From NCBI GenBank assembly GCA_963761335.1, contig CAVXGR010000021.1, positions 224,001-288,000 of the forward strand: DNA of 64,000 nt, read 5' to 3'. The translations under genes and the position numbers were made by a program. Below, piece by piece: positions 1 through 8,934 of this stretch. The first letter of the stretch is position 1, and each line of letters opens with the position of its first letter. The notes under the pieces are model-generated. The model was not told where the DNA came from and made no database searches. It saw only the letters and a program-made list of their open reading frames with translations. This DNA is from an uncultured delta proteobacterium. GTDB lineage: Bacteria > Desulfobacterota > Binatia > HRBIN30 > BPIQ01.

Positions 1-1
1 G

Positions 2-328
2 ATGAAGCGAGCGATTACAGTTGTGGTTCTGGTCATGATGACGGCGGCATCGGCGTGGGCCGTGGAGGGCTCGGCGGTATTCAATCAGAAGTGCAAGCCG
101 TGTCACAGCATCGCCGGGGCTGGAGGGCCGATGGCCAAGCTCGGCGGCCCCTTGGACGAGGTTGGCAAGACGCACGACGAGGCTTGGTTGCGCGCCTACC
201 TGGCCAATCCGAAGTCCAAGGTTCCGAACTCCAAGATGCCCAAGGTGACCCTGAGCGACGAGGAGATGAACGGCATCGTCACCTACCTGCTCACCATGAA
301 GGGCGCACCGGCGCCGGCCTCGAAGTGA
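2..328 (+). CDS. Monoheme class I cytochrome c
   Basis: Sec signal peptide (ending AWA), one CKPCH motif, C-terminal SKMP candidate axial Met. Confidence 0.9.
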   Translation: MKRAITVVVLVMMTAASAWAVEGSAVFNQKCKPCHSIAGAGGPMAKLGGPLDEVGKTHDEAWLRAYLANPKSKVPNSKMPKVTLSDEEMNGIVTYLLTMKGAPAPASK

Positions 329-332
329 GGCA

Positions 333-356
333 ACCGCCCGCGCTGTCGCGGGCGGT
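333..356 (+). terminator. Intra-operon stem-loop
   Basis: Perfect 10-bp stem ACCGCCCGCG-ctgt-CGCGGGCGGT just after the stop codon; no U-tract. Confidence 0.45.
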
Positions 357-376
357 GTAAGAGTTCTGCGAGGGGG

Positions 377-2599
377 TTGGAAATGGCATTCCAGCGACAT
401 CGGGTCTCTCAGTGGCAAGTGGCCGTGGGTCTGTGTCTCGGGGCGTGCATCTGGGCGGGCTGTAACAGCCACGACGTGATCGTCGCTGCGCCCACCCAGA
501 CGCCGACGGGAACGGCGACCGCGGGCGGCGAGCCGACGCATACGGCGACGATCCCAGCCGAGCTGCCGACGCCGACGGCGACAGCGACGACGGCGCAGCC
601 CGGTGGTCCAGCCGGTGCGGGGATTCTCGGAAGCATCACCGATGCGACCATCTCCTCCGACGGCACCATCACGGCGACGTTTATGATCACCGACGCCCAA
701 GGGGTGCCGGTGACGCCGGTGCTGAGCTCGACGACGGACGAGCAAAAGGCACGCGTCCGTCTCGTCATCGCCCACGTCGAGAACTACGGTGGCGGCGGCG
801 AGTTCAACAACACGCTCACCCGCTACGTGAACGACATCAATGCGACCGCCCCGGGATTCGACAGCATGGGGACCCTCGAGGCGGTCGACGCCGCCAGCGG
901 CGTCTATCGCTACACGTTCAACACCAAGTTGCCCGCGGGCTTCGACGCCTCGCAAACCTACACCATCGGCATGCAGGTGGACCGCACCTATGCCGGCGTG
1001 CGGATCGGCGTCAACCCGATCTTCGATCTGGTTCCGGGCGGCGGCACGCCGCAGCCGGCCGTGGCCACCACCACGGAGCAGTGCAACGCCTGTCACGCAC
1101 CTCTGATCGCCCACGGCAACCGCCGCGAGGTGCGCCTCTGCGTCCTCTGCCATACCGAGGCTGCCACCACTTCGGACGGCACGACCATTGCCTTCAAGAA
1201 CATGATCCACAAGATTCACGCCGGAAAGAATCTGCCGTCCGTGGTCAACGGCGCACCCGGTGCGCAGTACGCGATCGGCCGGGCCGTCTTCGCGGAGAAG
1301 CTGGACAACGGCGACGTCGTCGGCGTCGGCTTCCCGCGCCCGCTGAACGATTGCATGACGTGCCACTCGGACGGGCCGACGGTGGACTACTACCGCGAGC
1401 AGCCGCAGGCCGCGGCCTGCGCCACCTGCCACGACAACGTCAACCCCTCGCTGGAGACCACCGCCGCCGGACCTCCGGGGACCAATCACTTCCAATCGAA
1501 GGGTTTCTCCGACGGCGAGTGCATCTTCTGCCACACGGCCGAGGCGCAGCAGGAGTTCGACATCTCGGTGCCCGGGGCGCACGTGATCCCGGAGCGTTCG
1601 GCCCAGCTCGCCGGCCTCAACGTCGACATCACCGACATCGCCAACAACGTGGCCGGCGAAGCGCCGACGGTCTCGTTCAAGGTGACCGATGACGCCGGCA
1701 CGCCTCTGCTCGACCTCTCCGGACTGAACCGCCTCGGCTTCACCTTCGCCGGGCCGACGACCGACTACCAGCGGGTAATGGCGCTGACGGCGGTGGGCGG
1801 CGGCTCCTCGGGCACCGTGACCGGTCCCGACGCCGACGGTGTCTTCGAGTACACACCGGCTTCGGTGATTCCGGCCGACGCCATGGGCAGCTGGACGGTC
1901 GGGGCCGAGGCGCGGCGGCTCGTGGAGCTGGTCACTTCCGATCCCAACCGCACCATCGAGGTCGAGGAGGCGGCGCCCAATCCGGTGATGGACTTCTCGG
2001 TGGACGGCTCCGATGTGCTGGCGCGCCGCACCGTGGTGGCCGACGACCATTGCCAGGTGTGTCACGGCGAGTTCTCCAAGGGCTTCTCGATCCACGGCAA
2101 CCTGCGCAACCGCGTCGACTACTGCGTCACGTGCCACAACCCCAACGCCACCGATGCGGCGCGGCGCCCGGCGGGCTCGACGATGGTCACGCCGATTGAC
2201 TTCAAGGTGATGATCCACAAGATCCACCGCGGTGAGAACCTGGCGATGAAGCCGTACATCATCTACGGCTTCGGCTCGACGGCGAACGACTTCTCCGATG
2301 TGCGTTACCCCGGGGATCTGACCAAATGCGACAAGTGCCACGTCAATAACAGCAACTTGATTCCGCCCTATCCGGGAACGGCGGTCGGCACGATCATCGC
2401 CCATCTCGATCCGAACACCGGCATGCTGATCACCGACGGCCACAAGCAGCCGATCACCTCGGTGTGCACCTCCTGCCACGACAGCGATGTGGCCATGGCG
2501 CACGTCGAGACGCAGACCAGCGGCACCGACGGCGAGGCCTGCAGCGTCTGCCACGCGGAAGGACGGCAGGCGGCGGTATCGTTGGTGCATCAGGACTAG
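377..2599 (+). CDS. OmcA/MtrC-family decaheme outer-surface c-type cytochrome (lipoprotein)
   Basis: 10 CxxCH motifs in two blocks of 5 separated by a heme-free domain; two MIHKIH motifs; lipobox-like WAGC; Pro/Thr linker. Start may be ATG 383. Confidence 0.9.
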   Translation: MEMAFQRHRVSQWQVAVGLCLGACIWAGCNSHDVIVAAPTQTPTGTATAGGEPTHTATIPAELPTPTATATTAQPGGPAGAGILGSITDATISSDGTITATFMITDAQGVPVTPVLSSTTDEQKARVRLVIAHVENYGGGGEFNNTLTRYVNDINATAPGFDSMGTLEAVDAASGVYRYTFNTKLPAGFDASQTYTIGMQVDRTYAGVRIGVNPIFDLVPGGGTPQPAVATTTEQCNACHAPLIAHGNRREVRLCVLCHTEAATTSDGTTIAFKNMIHKIHAGKNLPSVVNGAPGAQYAIGRAVFAEKLDNGDVVGVGFPRPLNDCMTCHSDGPTVDYYREQPQAAACATCHDNVNPSLETTAAGPPGTNHFQSKGFSDGECIFCHTAEAQQEFDISVPGAHVIPERSAQLAGLNVDITDIANNVAGEAPTVSFKVTDDAGTPLLDLSGLNRLGFTFAGPTTDYQRVMALTAVGGGSSGTVTGPDADGVFEYTPASVIPADAMGSWTVGAEARRLVELVTSDPNRTIEVEEAAPNPVMDFSVDGSDVLARRTVVADDHCQVCHGEFSKGFSIHGNLRNRVDYCVTCHNPNATDAARRPAGSTMVTPIDFKVMIHKIHRGENLAMKPYIIYGFGSTANDFSDVRYPGDLTKCDKCHVNNSNLIPPYPGTAVGTIIAHLDPNTGMLITDGHKQPITSVCTSCHDSDVAMAHVETQTSGTDGEACSVCHAEGRQAAVSLVHQD

Positions 2600-2656
2600 A
2601 CTGAAACGGGCAGCGACGCGCCGTCGCCGGACGGCCGTCGCTTCGCGTCAACCACG

Positions 2657-4036
2657 GTGTCCGGCGGTGGGGGGTTCGTGACCAGGCAGCGCGTGTCGAG
2701 AGGGCGGCGACAGCGACAGGGACTGATCCTGCGGGCGGTCTCCTGCTTGGTGCTGTCGGCGTTGCTCTCGACTCCGGTGATGGCGGCTGAGCTGCGCACC
2801 GGCCTTCTGCTGCTCGGTCAGGTGCGCGACGGCGATCAGAGTCGCCAGACCGAGGTGCCCGTCGACTTCTACGGCAATCTCGGGGTCACCGGCCTGCACC
2901 ACGGCAGCGAGCTCGGCACTTATTTCCGCCTGCAGCGCGACTTCTCTCTCGACCAGGGTGCCGCCGATTTCTACGCTGGCTACCTGCGCGTACCGGGTGC
3001 CATTCCCGGCGTCGACTTCACCGTCGGCCGCCAGTTCCTCAGCGAGGTGCCGGGAGGCGCCTTCGTCGCCGACGCCGGAAAGATTCGCCTCGACCTCGGC
3101 GGACCGGTTGCCTTCACGGTCTTCGGGGGACAGCCGCAGTACTTCGAGCCCACCTTCTCCTCCGACATCATCTCGCAGGACGAGATCATCTTCGGCGGCA
3201 GCATGCGCACCACGCACCTGCACAACGGCGTGATCACTCTCGGATACCTGCAGCAGGAGCGCGATCAGAAGGTCCTGCGACAGCTGATCAGCGGCTCCTT
3301 CAGCCGCGCCTTCACCCGCGCTCCCGGGCTGCCGACGGTGTACGGCACGCTCGCCTACGATGCCGACCGGCAGAACATCGATCGCGGCACCCTCGGCTTC
3401 GACGTCTTCCTCTCCCAGCCGCGCCTGAGCCTCAACTTCGAGAGCGGCTACTACAAGCCCCAGGACCAGGGAGAGCGCGTCATCGTCGACCTCAACCGCC
3501 GCGAGGACCCGATCTTCGAGCTCTTCTCGATCAGCGAGCTGCTTCAATTTCGCGGCGGTCTTCGCTACACGCTCTCCCCGGAGCTCTCCGCCTATGGCGG
3601 CTACTCGTTTCAGACCTACGACCGGACCGCCAACGACCGTGTCGACGGGCATCTCGGCAACGCCGGTCTGGTGTGGCTGCCGGGAGGCGACGGTCTGGAG
3701 GTGGTCGGAGCGGAGTACTACGTGATCGACAGCAAGGGGGGCACGGTGAACGGCGGACGGGCGTACTACGAGAACCGCGTCTACCGGCGCATTCTCTTCC
3801 AGTCCAAGGTCGATGTGGCCTATTACGACAAGGAATCGAACCAGCACGATACCGCCGTGAGCAGCCTTCTCGGGCTCGGTTACGACGTGTTGCCCGGACT
3901 GCTCGTCGAGCTGACCTTCGAGGCCAATCACAACATGCGCTTCAACGAGGACTACCGCTTCGGGTTTCTGGTCAGCTACAACGGCCGGCTGCGCAGCGGC
4001 GATTCGCGGGCGTCGTCCAAGAAGGAGCCCTCGTGA
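2657..4036 (+). CDS. Outer-membrane beta-barrel, putative porin of a porin-cytochrome conduit
   Basis: Signal peptide, alternating amphipathic strands rich in Y/F/G, GRQF motif, located between multiheme cytochrome genes; exact start uncertain. Confidence 0.75.
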   Translation: MSGGGGFVTRQRVSRGRRQRQGLILRAVSCLVLSALLSTPVMAAELRTGLLLLGQVRDGDQSRQTEVPVDFYGNLGVTGLHHGSELGTYFRLQRDFSLDQGAADFYAGYLRVPGAIPGVDFTVGRQFLSEVPGGAFVADAGKIRLDLGGPVAFTVFGGQPQYFEPTFSSDIISQDEIIFGGSMRTTHLHNGVITLGYLQQERDQKVLRQLISGSFSRAFTRAPGLPTVYGTLAYDADRQNIDRGTLGFDVFLSQPRLSLNFESGYYKPQDQGERVIVDLNRREDPIFELFSISELLQFRGGLRYTLSPELSAYGGYSFQTYDRTANDRVDGHLGNAGLVWLPGGDGLEVVGAEYYVIDSKGGTVNGGRAYYENRVYRRILFQSKVDVAYYDKESNQHDTAVSSLLGLGYDVLPGLLVELTFEANHNMRFNEDYRFGFLVSYNGRLRSGDSRASSKKEPS

Positions 4037-4698
4037 GCCGCTCGCGAACGGCTTCGGCGCTGTTGGGCGCGGTGCTGGTGATCGCCGCGGCGGCGCTGCT
4101 GTTCTCCGCCTGCCGGCAGTACATGCCGACCAACCGTTTTCTGCAGCCGCGCTCGACCGGCTCCAGCATGAGCACGGCGGACGCCCGCGGCAAGTTCGAT
4201 CACCGCGCCCACGTGAAGCCCCTGGCGGCGCGCGACGTCACCTGTATCGACTGCCACCGCTTCGACGTGAAGATCGACACCTCGAACGACGACCTGGCGC
4301 GCGAGCTGTCGGCACAGGCACTCTATCCGGGAGGCGCCGCCTGCCACTTCTGTCACTTGCCTTCGGAGACGCACATGGCGGGGGCGCCCGATGCCTGCAC
4401 CACCTGTCACGAGAACCTGCGGCCGCTGATGCCCGAGAACCATCAGGTGGCCTGGCTCAAGGTGCACGCCAACGCCGTGCGCGCCGATCCCAACCAGTGC
4501 CACACCTGCCACAGCCAGGCGTTCTGCATCGACTGTCACGAGCGCCGCGACTCGATCCAGACCCGCGTGCACGAGCGCAACTTCCGCTTCTTCCACTCGG
4601 TGGAGGCGCGCGCCAACCCGATGCAGTGCGGCAGCTGCCATCGCCAGGACTTTTGCATCCGCTGCCATCAGCAGGGCAAGGTGGACGTGAACCCATGA
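4033..4698 (+). CDS. Heptaheme c-type cytochrome, probable lipoprotein
   Basis: GTG overlaps the porin stop (GTGA); 7 CxxCH including two CxxCH-xxx-FCxxCH pairs; FSAC lipobox-like motif. Confidence 0.85.
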   Translation: MSRSRTASALLGAVLVIAAAALLFSACRQYMPTNRFLQPRSTGSSMSTADARGKFDHRAHVKPLAARDVTCIDCHRFDVKIDTSNDDLARELSAQALYPGGAACHFCHLPSETHMAGAPDACTTCHENLRPLMPENHQVAWLKVHANAVRADPNQCHTCHSQAFCIDCHERRDSIQTRVHERNFRFFHSVEARANPMQCGSCHRQDFCIRCHQQGKVDVNP

Positions 4699-5024
4699 CA
4701 CGCCTCGGCAGATATCTCGCGCCGATTGCGGCGCTGTCACTCCTGATGCTCTCGGCCTCCGGCTGCGGCAACGACGCTGGCGTCACCAGTGAGAACTACG
4801 GGGATCTGCTGGCATCTCCCGAAGGCCTCGTCCTGGTGCGCTCCGAGCATCCCACCGGCTGGGGTCGACCCGACTGCTTCTCCTGCCATGAGATCCGCAA
4901 CATCCACACCGTGAATCGCACCAGTCTTCCCGATCTGGATCTCGAGGAGGTGCGCACCATCGTGCTGAATCAGGGGGCGGCGAGCTGCGGTCTCTGCCAC
5001 GGCAACAACGGAGTCGCTCCATGA
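4695..5024 (+). CDS. Small diheme cytochrome c lipoprotein
   Basis: ATGA coupling; ASGC lipobox; CFSCH and CGLCH. Confidence 0.8.
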   Translation: MTRLGRYLAPIAALSLLMLSASGCGNDAGVTSENYGDLLASPEGLVLVRSEHPTGWGRPDCFSCHEIRNIHTVNRTSLPDLDLEEVRTIVLNQGAASCGLCHGNNGVAP

Positions 5025-5584
5025 GGCGTATCGTTCCCCTGCTGGTGCTGCTGCTCGCGGCCGGGACAACGTGGGCGCAGGACTCGGGCAGTCCGCATCA
5101 CATGACCCTGCCCAACGGCGAGGTCGACATGGACAAGTGCTCCATGTGCCACGAAGAGGACATGTCCCTGTCGCGCTCCAAGCTGGAGACCTGCACGCTC
5201 TGCCACTCCGAGACCCTGCACGGCGGCTCGTTGACGCATCTGCGCGCCACGGCGGCCCAGCTGGCGGCCATCCTTCCCGAGAAACAGCCGGGAGGCGTGA
5301 CCCTGCCGCTCACCGATGACGGTCGCATCTTCTGCGGCACCTGCCACCTGTTCCACGACCCCGCGGTCACCGGCGAGAAGCCGCTGCCGGCGCCTTGGGT
5401 GCCGCCCGCCGAGGGTGTGCCCGGCGCGGTGCGCGAGGCGATGGCCAAGCGCTGGTCGCAGATGGCGGAGAAGCACGGCGAGTCCGAGGCGGGAGCCGAG
5501 TTTGCCGCGAAGTCGACGCGCATGCTGCGCCTGCCAGTCTCCGACGGCAGCCTCTGCGTCCACTGCCACCAGGGGAAGCGATGA
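5021..5584 (+). CDS. Tetraheme periplasmic cytochrome c
   Basis: ATGA coupling; signal peptide ending TWA; CSMCH, CTLCH, CGTCH, CVHCH. Confidence 0.85.
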   Translation: MRRIVPLLVLLLAAGTTWAQDSGSPHHMTLPNGEVDMDKCSMCHEEDMSLSRSKLETCTLCHSETLHGGSLTHLRATAAQLAAILPEKQPGGVTLPLTDDGRIFCGTCHLFHDPAVTGEKPLPAPWVPPAEGVPGAVREAMAKRWSQMAEKHGESEAGAEFAAKSTRMLRLPVSDGSLCVHCHQGKR

Positions 5585-6237
5585 CCCCCCGGTGCGAGCG
5601 CGGCCGTCTCGGCCGCTCCGAAATTCTTTTCGTCATTCGCTCCGTCCGCTGCCTCTTGCTGCTCCTCGTCCTGGCTGCGGCGCTGGCCGCCTGCGGCACC
5701 GACGGAGCGCCGCGCTACGCCGCGGTGCCGGCTCCCGATCCCGAGGCCATGTACGGCTCCTGTGCCTTTTGCCACCGCGACGTCGCTGTTCAGCTGATCA
5801 GCACCGGCTTTCACGGCGATCCGAACCTGGCGTGCGAGTTCTGCCACGCCGATCTGACTCCGGGCCACGTCGGTCCGGGACACCGCAACGTTCCGGCGTG
5901 CGCCGACTGCCACAGCTCGCAACGCACGCACCACGATCCTGCCGCCGGCACCGGGATGGAATGCCAGGTCTGCCACACGCCGCACGGAAGCCCGAACCTG
6001 TTCCTCGTCAAGCAGCAGATCACCACCCCGACCGGCGACATGCCGCAGATCCGCTTCACCAACCTGCGCGGTCGCGCCGACGGCAGCTTCGCCAGCGCCT
6101 CGAATCCTGGCACTGGCCTCTGCGAGGTGTGCCACACGCAGACGAAGTTCTACCGCAGCGACGGCTCGGGCGATCAGCATTTTCCCTTCCCCTGCTTCAC
6201 CTGCCACCAGCACGACAACGCCTTCTCGCCGGATTGA
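5581..6237 (+). CDS. Hexaheme cytochrome c lipoprotein
   Basis: ATGA coupling; LAAC lipobox; 6 CxxCH, including a CxxCHxPHGS motif. Confidence 0.85.
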   Translation: MTPRCERGRLGRSEILFVIRSVRCLLLLLVLAAALAACGTDGAPRYAAVPAPDPEAMYGSCAFCHRDVAVQLISTGFHGDPNLACEFCHADLTPGHVGPGHRNVPACADCHSSQRTHHDPAAGTGMECQVCHTPHGSPNLFLVKQQITTPTGDMPQIRFTNLRGRADGSFASASNPGTGLCEVCHTQTKFYRSDGSGDQHFPFPCFTCHQHDNAFSPD

Positions 6238-6334
6238 GCGCCTGGTCGCAGGGCTGCGAAAAGCTCACGGCCCAGCGTACCAGTTCTGCTACCCCGTGGG
6301 CATTGCCGCGCCGGTTCCGTCTCGCCGCGGACGC

Positions 6335-6349
6335 TGGCACCCGCTTTGC
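6335..6349 (+). promoter_or_regulatory. Sigma54 (-24/-12) promoter candidate
   Basis: TGGCAC-ccgct-TTGC, exact consensus spacing, intergenic, upstream of the CoA-transferase gene. Confidence 0.65.
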
Positions 6350-6492
6350 GTTGGAAGCACTGCGTCGGCCTTCGGAAGGGGAGCTCTTCTCCTTCGATCT
6401 TCCTCACTCTCCCTCCTTGGGGGGCGGCTCCGGTCGCGCGGATCGGGTCCGCCCCCTGTTGTCCGCCGCCGCTTCCAGATCGGAGCTGAGTC

Positions 6493-7827
6493 ATGACCGT
6501 GCACCGCAGCCATGAAGATCCGGCCACCCTCTATGCCGCCAAGCACATCAGCCTTTCCGCGGCGGTGGCTCTGCTGCGCCCCGACGATACCATCGCCGCC
6601 CCCATCGTCACCGGGCAGCCGAGCGCCTTCCTGAGCGCCCTCGCGGAGCGCAGCGACTACCGCGACCTGACCATCTTCAGCGGTATTCTCATCGAGCCGT
6701 ACGCGGTGCTGCAGCAGCCGGGAGTTCGGTTCATCAGCGGCTTCTTCGGGCCGATCGAGCGGCTGCTCAAAGGAGCCGGGGCGCGCATCACCTATCTGCC
6801 CGCAGATTTCCTCGCCTGGGAGCGTTTCGCGCAGCAGGCGCGCCCGCGGGTGGTGGTCTCCGCTCTGGCGCCGATGGATGAGCGCGGCTTCTTCTCGTTC
6901 GGGCTGCACTCCGGCGCCGTCTTCGGTCCGTTCATGGAGGCGGCGCGCGACCCGGAGCGGCTGGCGATCGGCGAGGTGGTCGCCGACATGCCGCGGGTGC
7001 GCGGCCTGGGGCGCTATGGTGGCCACCGCATCCACGTTTCCGAGATCGACGCCGTCGTCGAGTCGGATCGGGCTGCCTTCCAGCTGCCGGAGACCCCGGT
7101 AACCGAGGAAGACGCCGCCATCGCCCGCCACGTCGAGAGCCTCATCCCCGACGGGGCGACGCTGCAGATCGGCATCGGCGCCATTCCCAACATCGTCGCC
7201 CAGCTGCTCGCCGAGGGGAAGAAGAGCGACTTCGGCATTCACACCGAGATGATGGTGGACGGCATCATGCACCTGCACCAGGCCGGCAAGGTGACCAACC
7301 ACAAGGGGGTCTACGACGGCTTCTCGGTGGCGACCTTCGCCGCCGGCAGCCGCGCGCTCTATGACTGGATGAACGAGAATCCCGAGGTGCGCCTGCTGCC
7401 GGTGGCGCAGGTGAACGATCCGGCGGTGATCCGGCGCAACCGCCGGATGGTGAGCATCAACGGCGCTCTCGCCGTCGACCTCAGCGGCCAGATCATGGCC
7501 GACACCCTCGGCCCGCGGCAGTACTCCGGGGTCGGCGGACACGAGCTCTTCATCATCGGTGCCCACGAGGCTCCCGAAGGCAAGAGCCTCATCTGCCTGC
7601 ACTCGACCGCACGCGTCGACGGCAAGCTCGTCTCCACGCTGGTCGCCGAGCTGCCCTGCGGCACCCCGGTGACCACGCCGCGGCACCACGTGCAGTACGT
7701 GATCACCGAGCAGGGCATCGCCGACCTCGGCATGCTCACCGACGACCAGCGCGCCACGGCGCTCGTCGGCGTCGCTCACCCGGACTTCCGCGGCGAGCTG
7801 CGCCAGGCGATCGAACGCCGCTGGTGA
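6493..7827 (+). CDS. Acetyl-CoA hydrolase/CoA-transferase (4-hydroxybutyrate CoA-transferase-like)
   Basis: TLQIGIGAIP, HTEM (catalytic Glu), SGVGG and VITEQGIADL family motifs. Confidence 0.9.
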   Translation: MTVHRSHEDPATLYAAKHISLSAAVALLRPDDTIAAPIVTGQPSAFLSALAERSDYRDLTIFSGILIEPYAVLQQPGVRFISGFFGPIERLLKGAGARITYLPADFLAWERFAQQARPRVVVSALAPMDERGFFSFGLHSGAVFGPFMEAARDPERLAIGEVVADMPRVRGLGRYGGHRIHVSEIDAVVESDRAAFQLPETPVTEEDAAIARHVESLIPDGATLQIGIGAIPNIVAQLLAEGKKSDFGIHTEMMVDGIMHLHQAGKVTNHKGVYDGFSVATFAAGSRALYDWMNENPEVRLLPVAQVNDPAVIRRNRRMVSINGALAVDLSGQIMADTLGPRQYSGVGGHELFIIGAHEAPEGKSLICLHSTARVDGKLVSTLVAELPCGTPVTTPRHHVQYVITEQGIADLGMLTDDQRATALVGVAHPDFRGELRQAIERRW

Positions 7828-7864
7828 GAGGCGGCGGCGTAGTGCCGCCGCCCCGCGGGCCAAT

Positions 7865-7914
7865 GTGGAAGCGGCGTCCCGCCGCTTCGAGAAGCGCCGG
7901 AACGGCGCTTCTAC
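7865..7914. repeat. GTAG-family REP doublet, copy 1
   Basis: GTGG-AAGCGGCG-tcc-CGCCGCTT-cgag-AAGCGCCG-gaa-CGGCGCTT-CTAC. Confidence 0.85.
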
Positions 7915-7994
7915 TCTTCGGGCAAGATGATGTAACCACCGGTGCCCCCCGGACGTGGTTGCTTCAGCACGCTTCTGTGCGCCATGGAGGAGAC

Positions 7995-8441
7995 ATGCAG
8001 ACATTGCGACAGCCGCTAGGCCGCGCCGCCGAGGCCACCGCGATGAGGTTCGATGCCTGGACCATCGTCCTTGGCCTTTTCGCGCTCGGCAACCTCGCCA
8101 ACGCGCTGTGGATGCTGGCGGACCCGGTGCACTGGTACCAGAACCTCCCCGCCGGGGTGCCGGACTTCGGTCCGCTGAACGAGCACTTCGTGCGCGATAT
8201 CGGCTGCATCTACTTCTTGATGGGAGCGGTGCTCGCGGCCGGCGCCTTGCTCGTTCGCTGGCGTCTCGCCGCCTGCGCCGTGACCACGCTCTTCTACGTC
8301 TTGCATGCCGCCGTGCACGTCATCGACACCAGGCGCGGCCTCGTCGGGCCGGAGCACTGGTGGATCGATGTGCCGGGCGTCTACCTGCCCGCGGTCATCC
8401 TCGTCGGCGTGACCTGGATGGTGGCGAGGCGACCCGGGTGA
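7995..8441 (+). CDS. Small integral membrane protein (about 4 TM), unknown function
   Basis: GGAGGAG RBS before ATG 7995 (alternative start 8043); hydrophobic helices; EHFVRDIG and HAAVH motifs. Confidence 0.75.
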   Translation: MQTLRQPLGRAAEATAMRFDAWTIVLGLFALGNLANALWMLADPVHWYQNLPAGVPDFGPLNEHFVRDIGCIYFLMGAVLAAGALLVRWRLAACAVTTLFYVLHAAVHVIDTRRGLVGPEHWWIDVPGVYLPAVILVGVTWMVARRPG

Positions 8442-8836
8442 GCAGGACGCGGTGGATCGTTGCAGTCGCGGCGGGACTGTTGTTGGCGACGCTGCCGTTC
8501 TGGCCCTACCTGCCGCTCGGCGGTGGCGTCGGGCCGCACGCAGATCACGAGCCGCGCCACGGCGGCCAGCTCGGCATGGCCGGCGACCATCACATCGAGA
8601 TCGTGCGCCGCCGCGGGCGCGTCGAGGTGTTTGTGAGCGATGCGATGCGCCGCCCGGTGCGTCCGCGATCGGGGCACATCGTCTTCGATCGCGAACGAGA
8701 GGAGCCCCTCACCTGGGCAAACCATCGGCTCACCGGAGTCGATCATCCAGCGGCGCGAGAGATCGAAGCGCGCGTCACCCTGACCGACGGCACGGAGATC
8801 GCGGTCAGCTTTGATTTCGTGCAAGGCCGTCTCTAG
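8438..8836 (+). CDS. Membrane-anchored His-rich putative metal-binding protein
   Basis: GTGA coupling; N-terminal TM segment; PHADHEPRHGG...DHHIE. Confidence 0.7.
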   Translation: MSRTRWIVAVAAGLLLATLPFWPYLPLGGGVGPHADHEPRHGGQLGMAGDHHIEIVRRRGRVEVFVSDAMRRPVRPRSGHIVFDREREEPLTWANHRLTGVDHPAAREIEARVTLTDGTEIAVSFDFVQGRL

Positions 8837-8846
8837 CTAGAGCGAA

Positions 8847-8896
8847 GTAGAAGCGCCGTCCCGGCGCTTTCCGAAGCGGCGAGACGCCGCTTCTAC
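8847..8896. repeat. GTAG-family REP doublet, copy 2
   Basis: Same double hairpin in the opposite orientation, between convergent genes. Confidence 0.9.
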
Positions 8897-8934
8897 TTCG
8901 CCCGAGGGCCGGCGGTGGACACTTTCCCCGGCGC

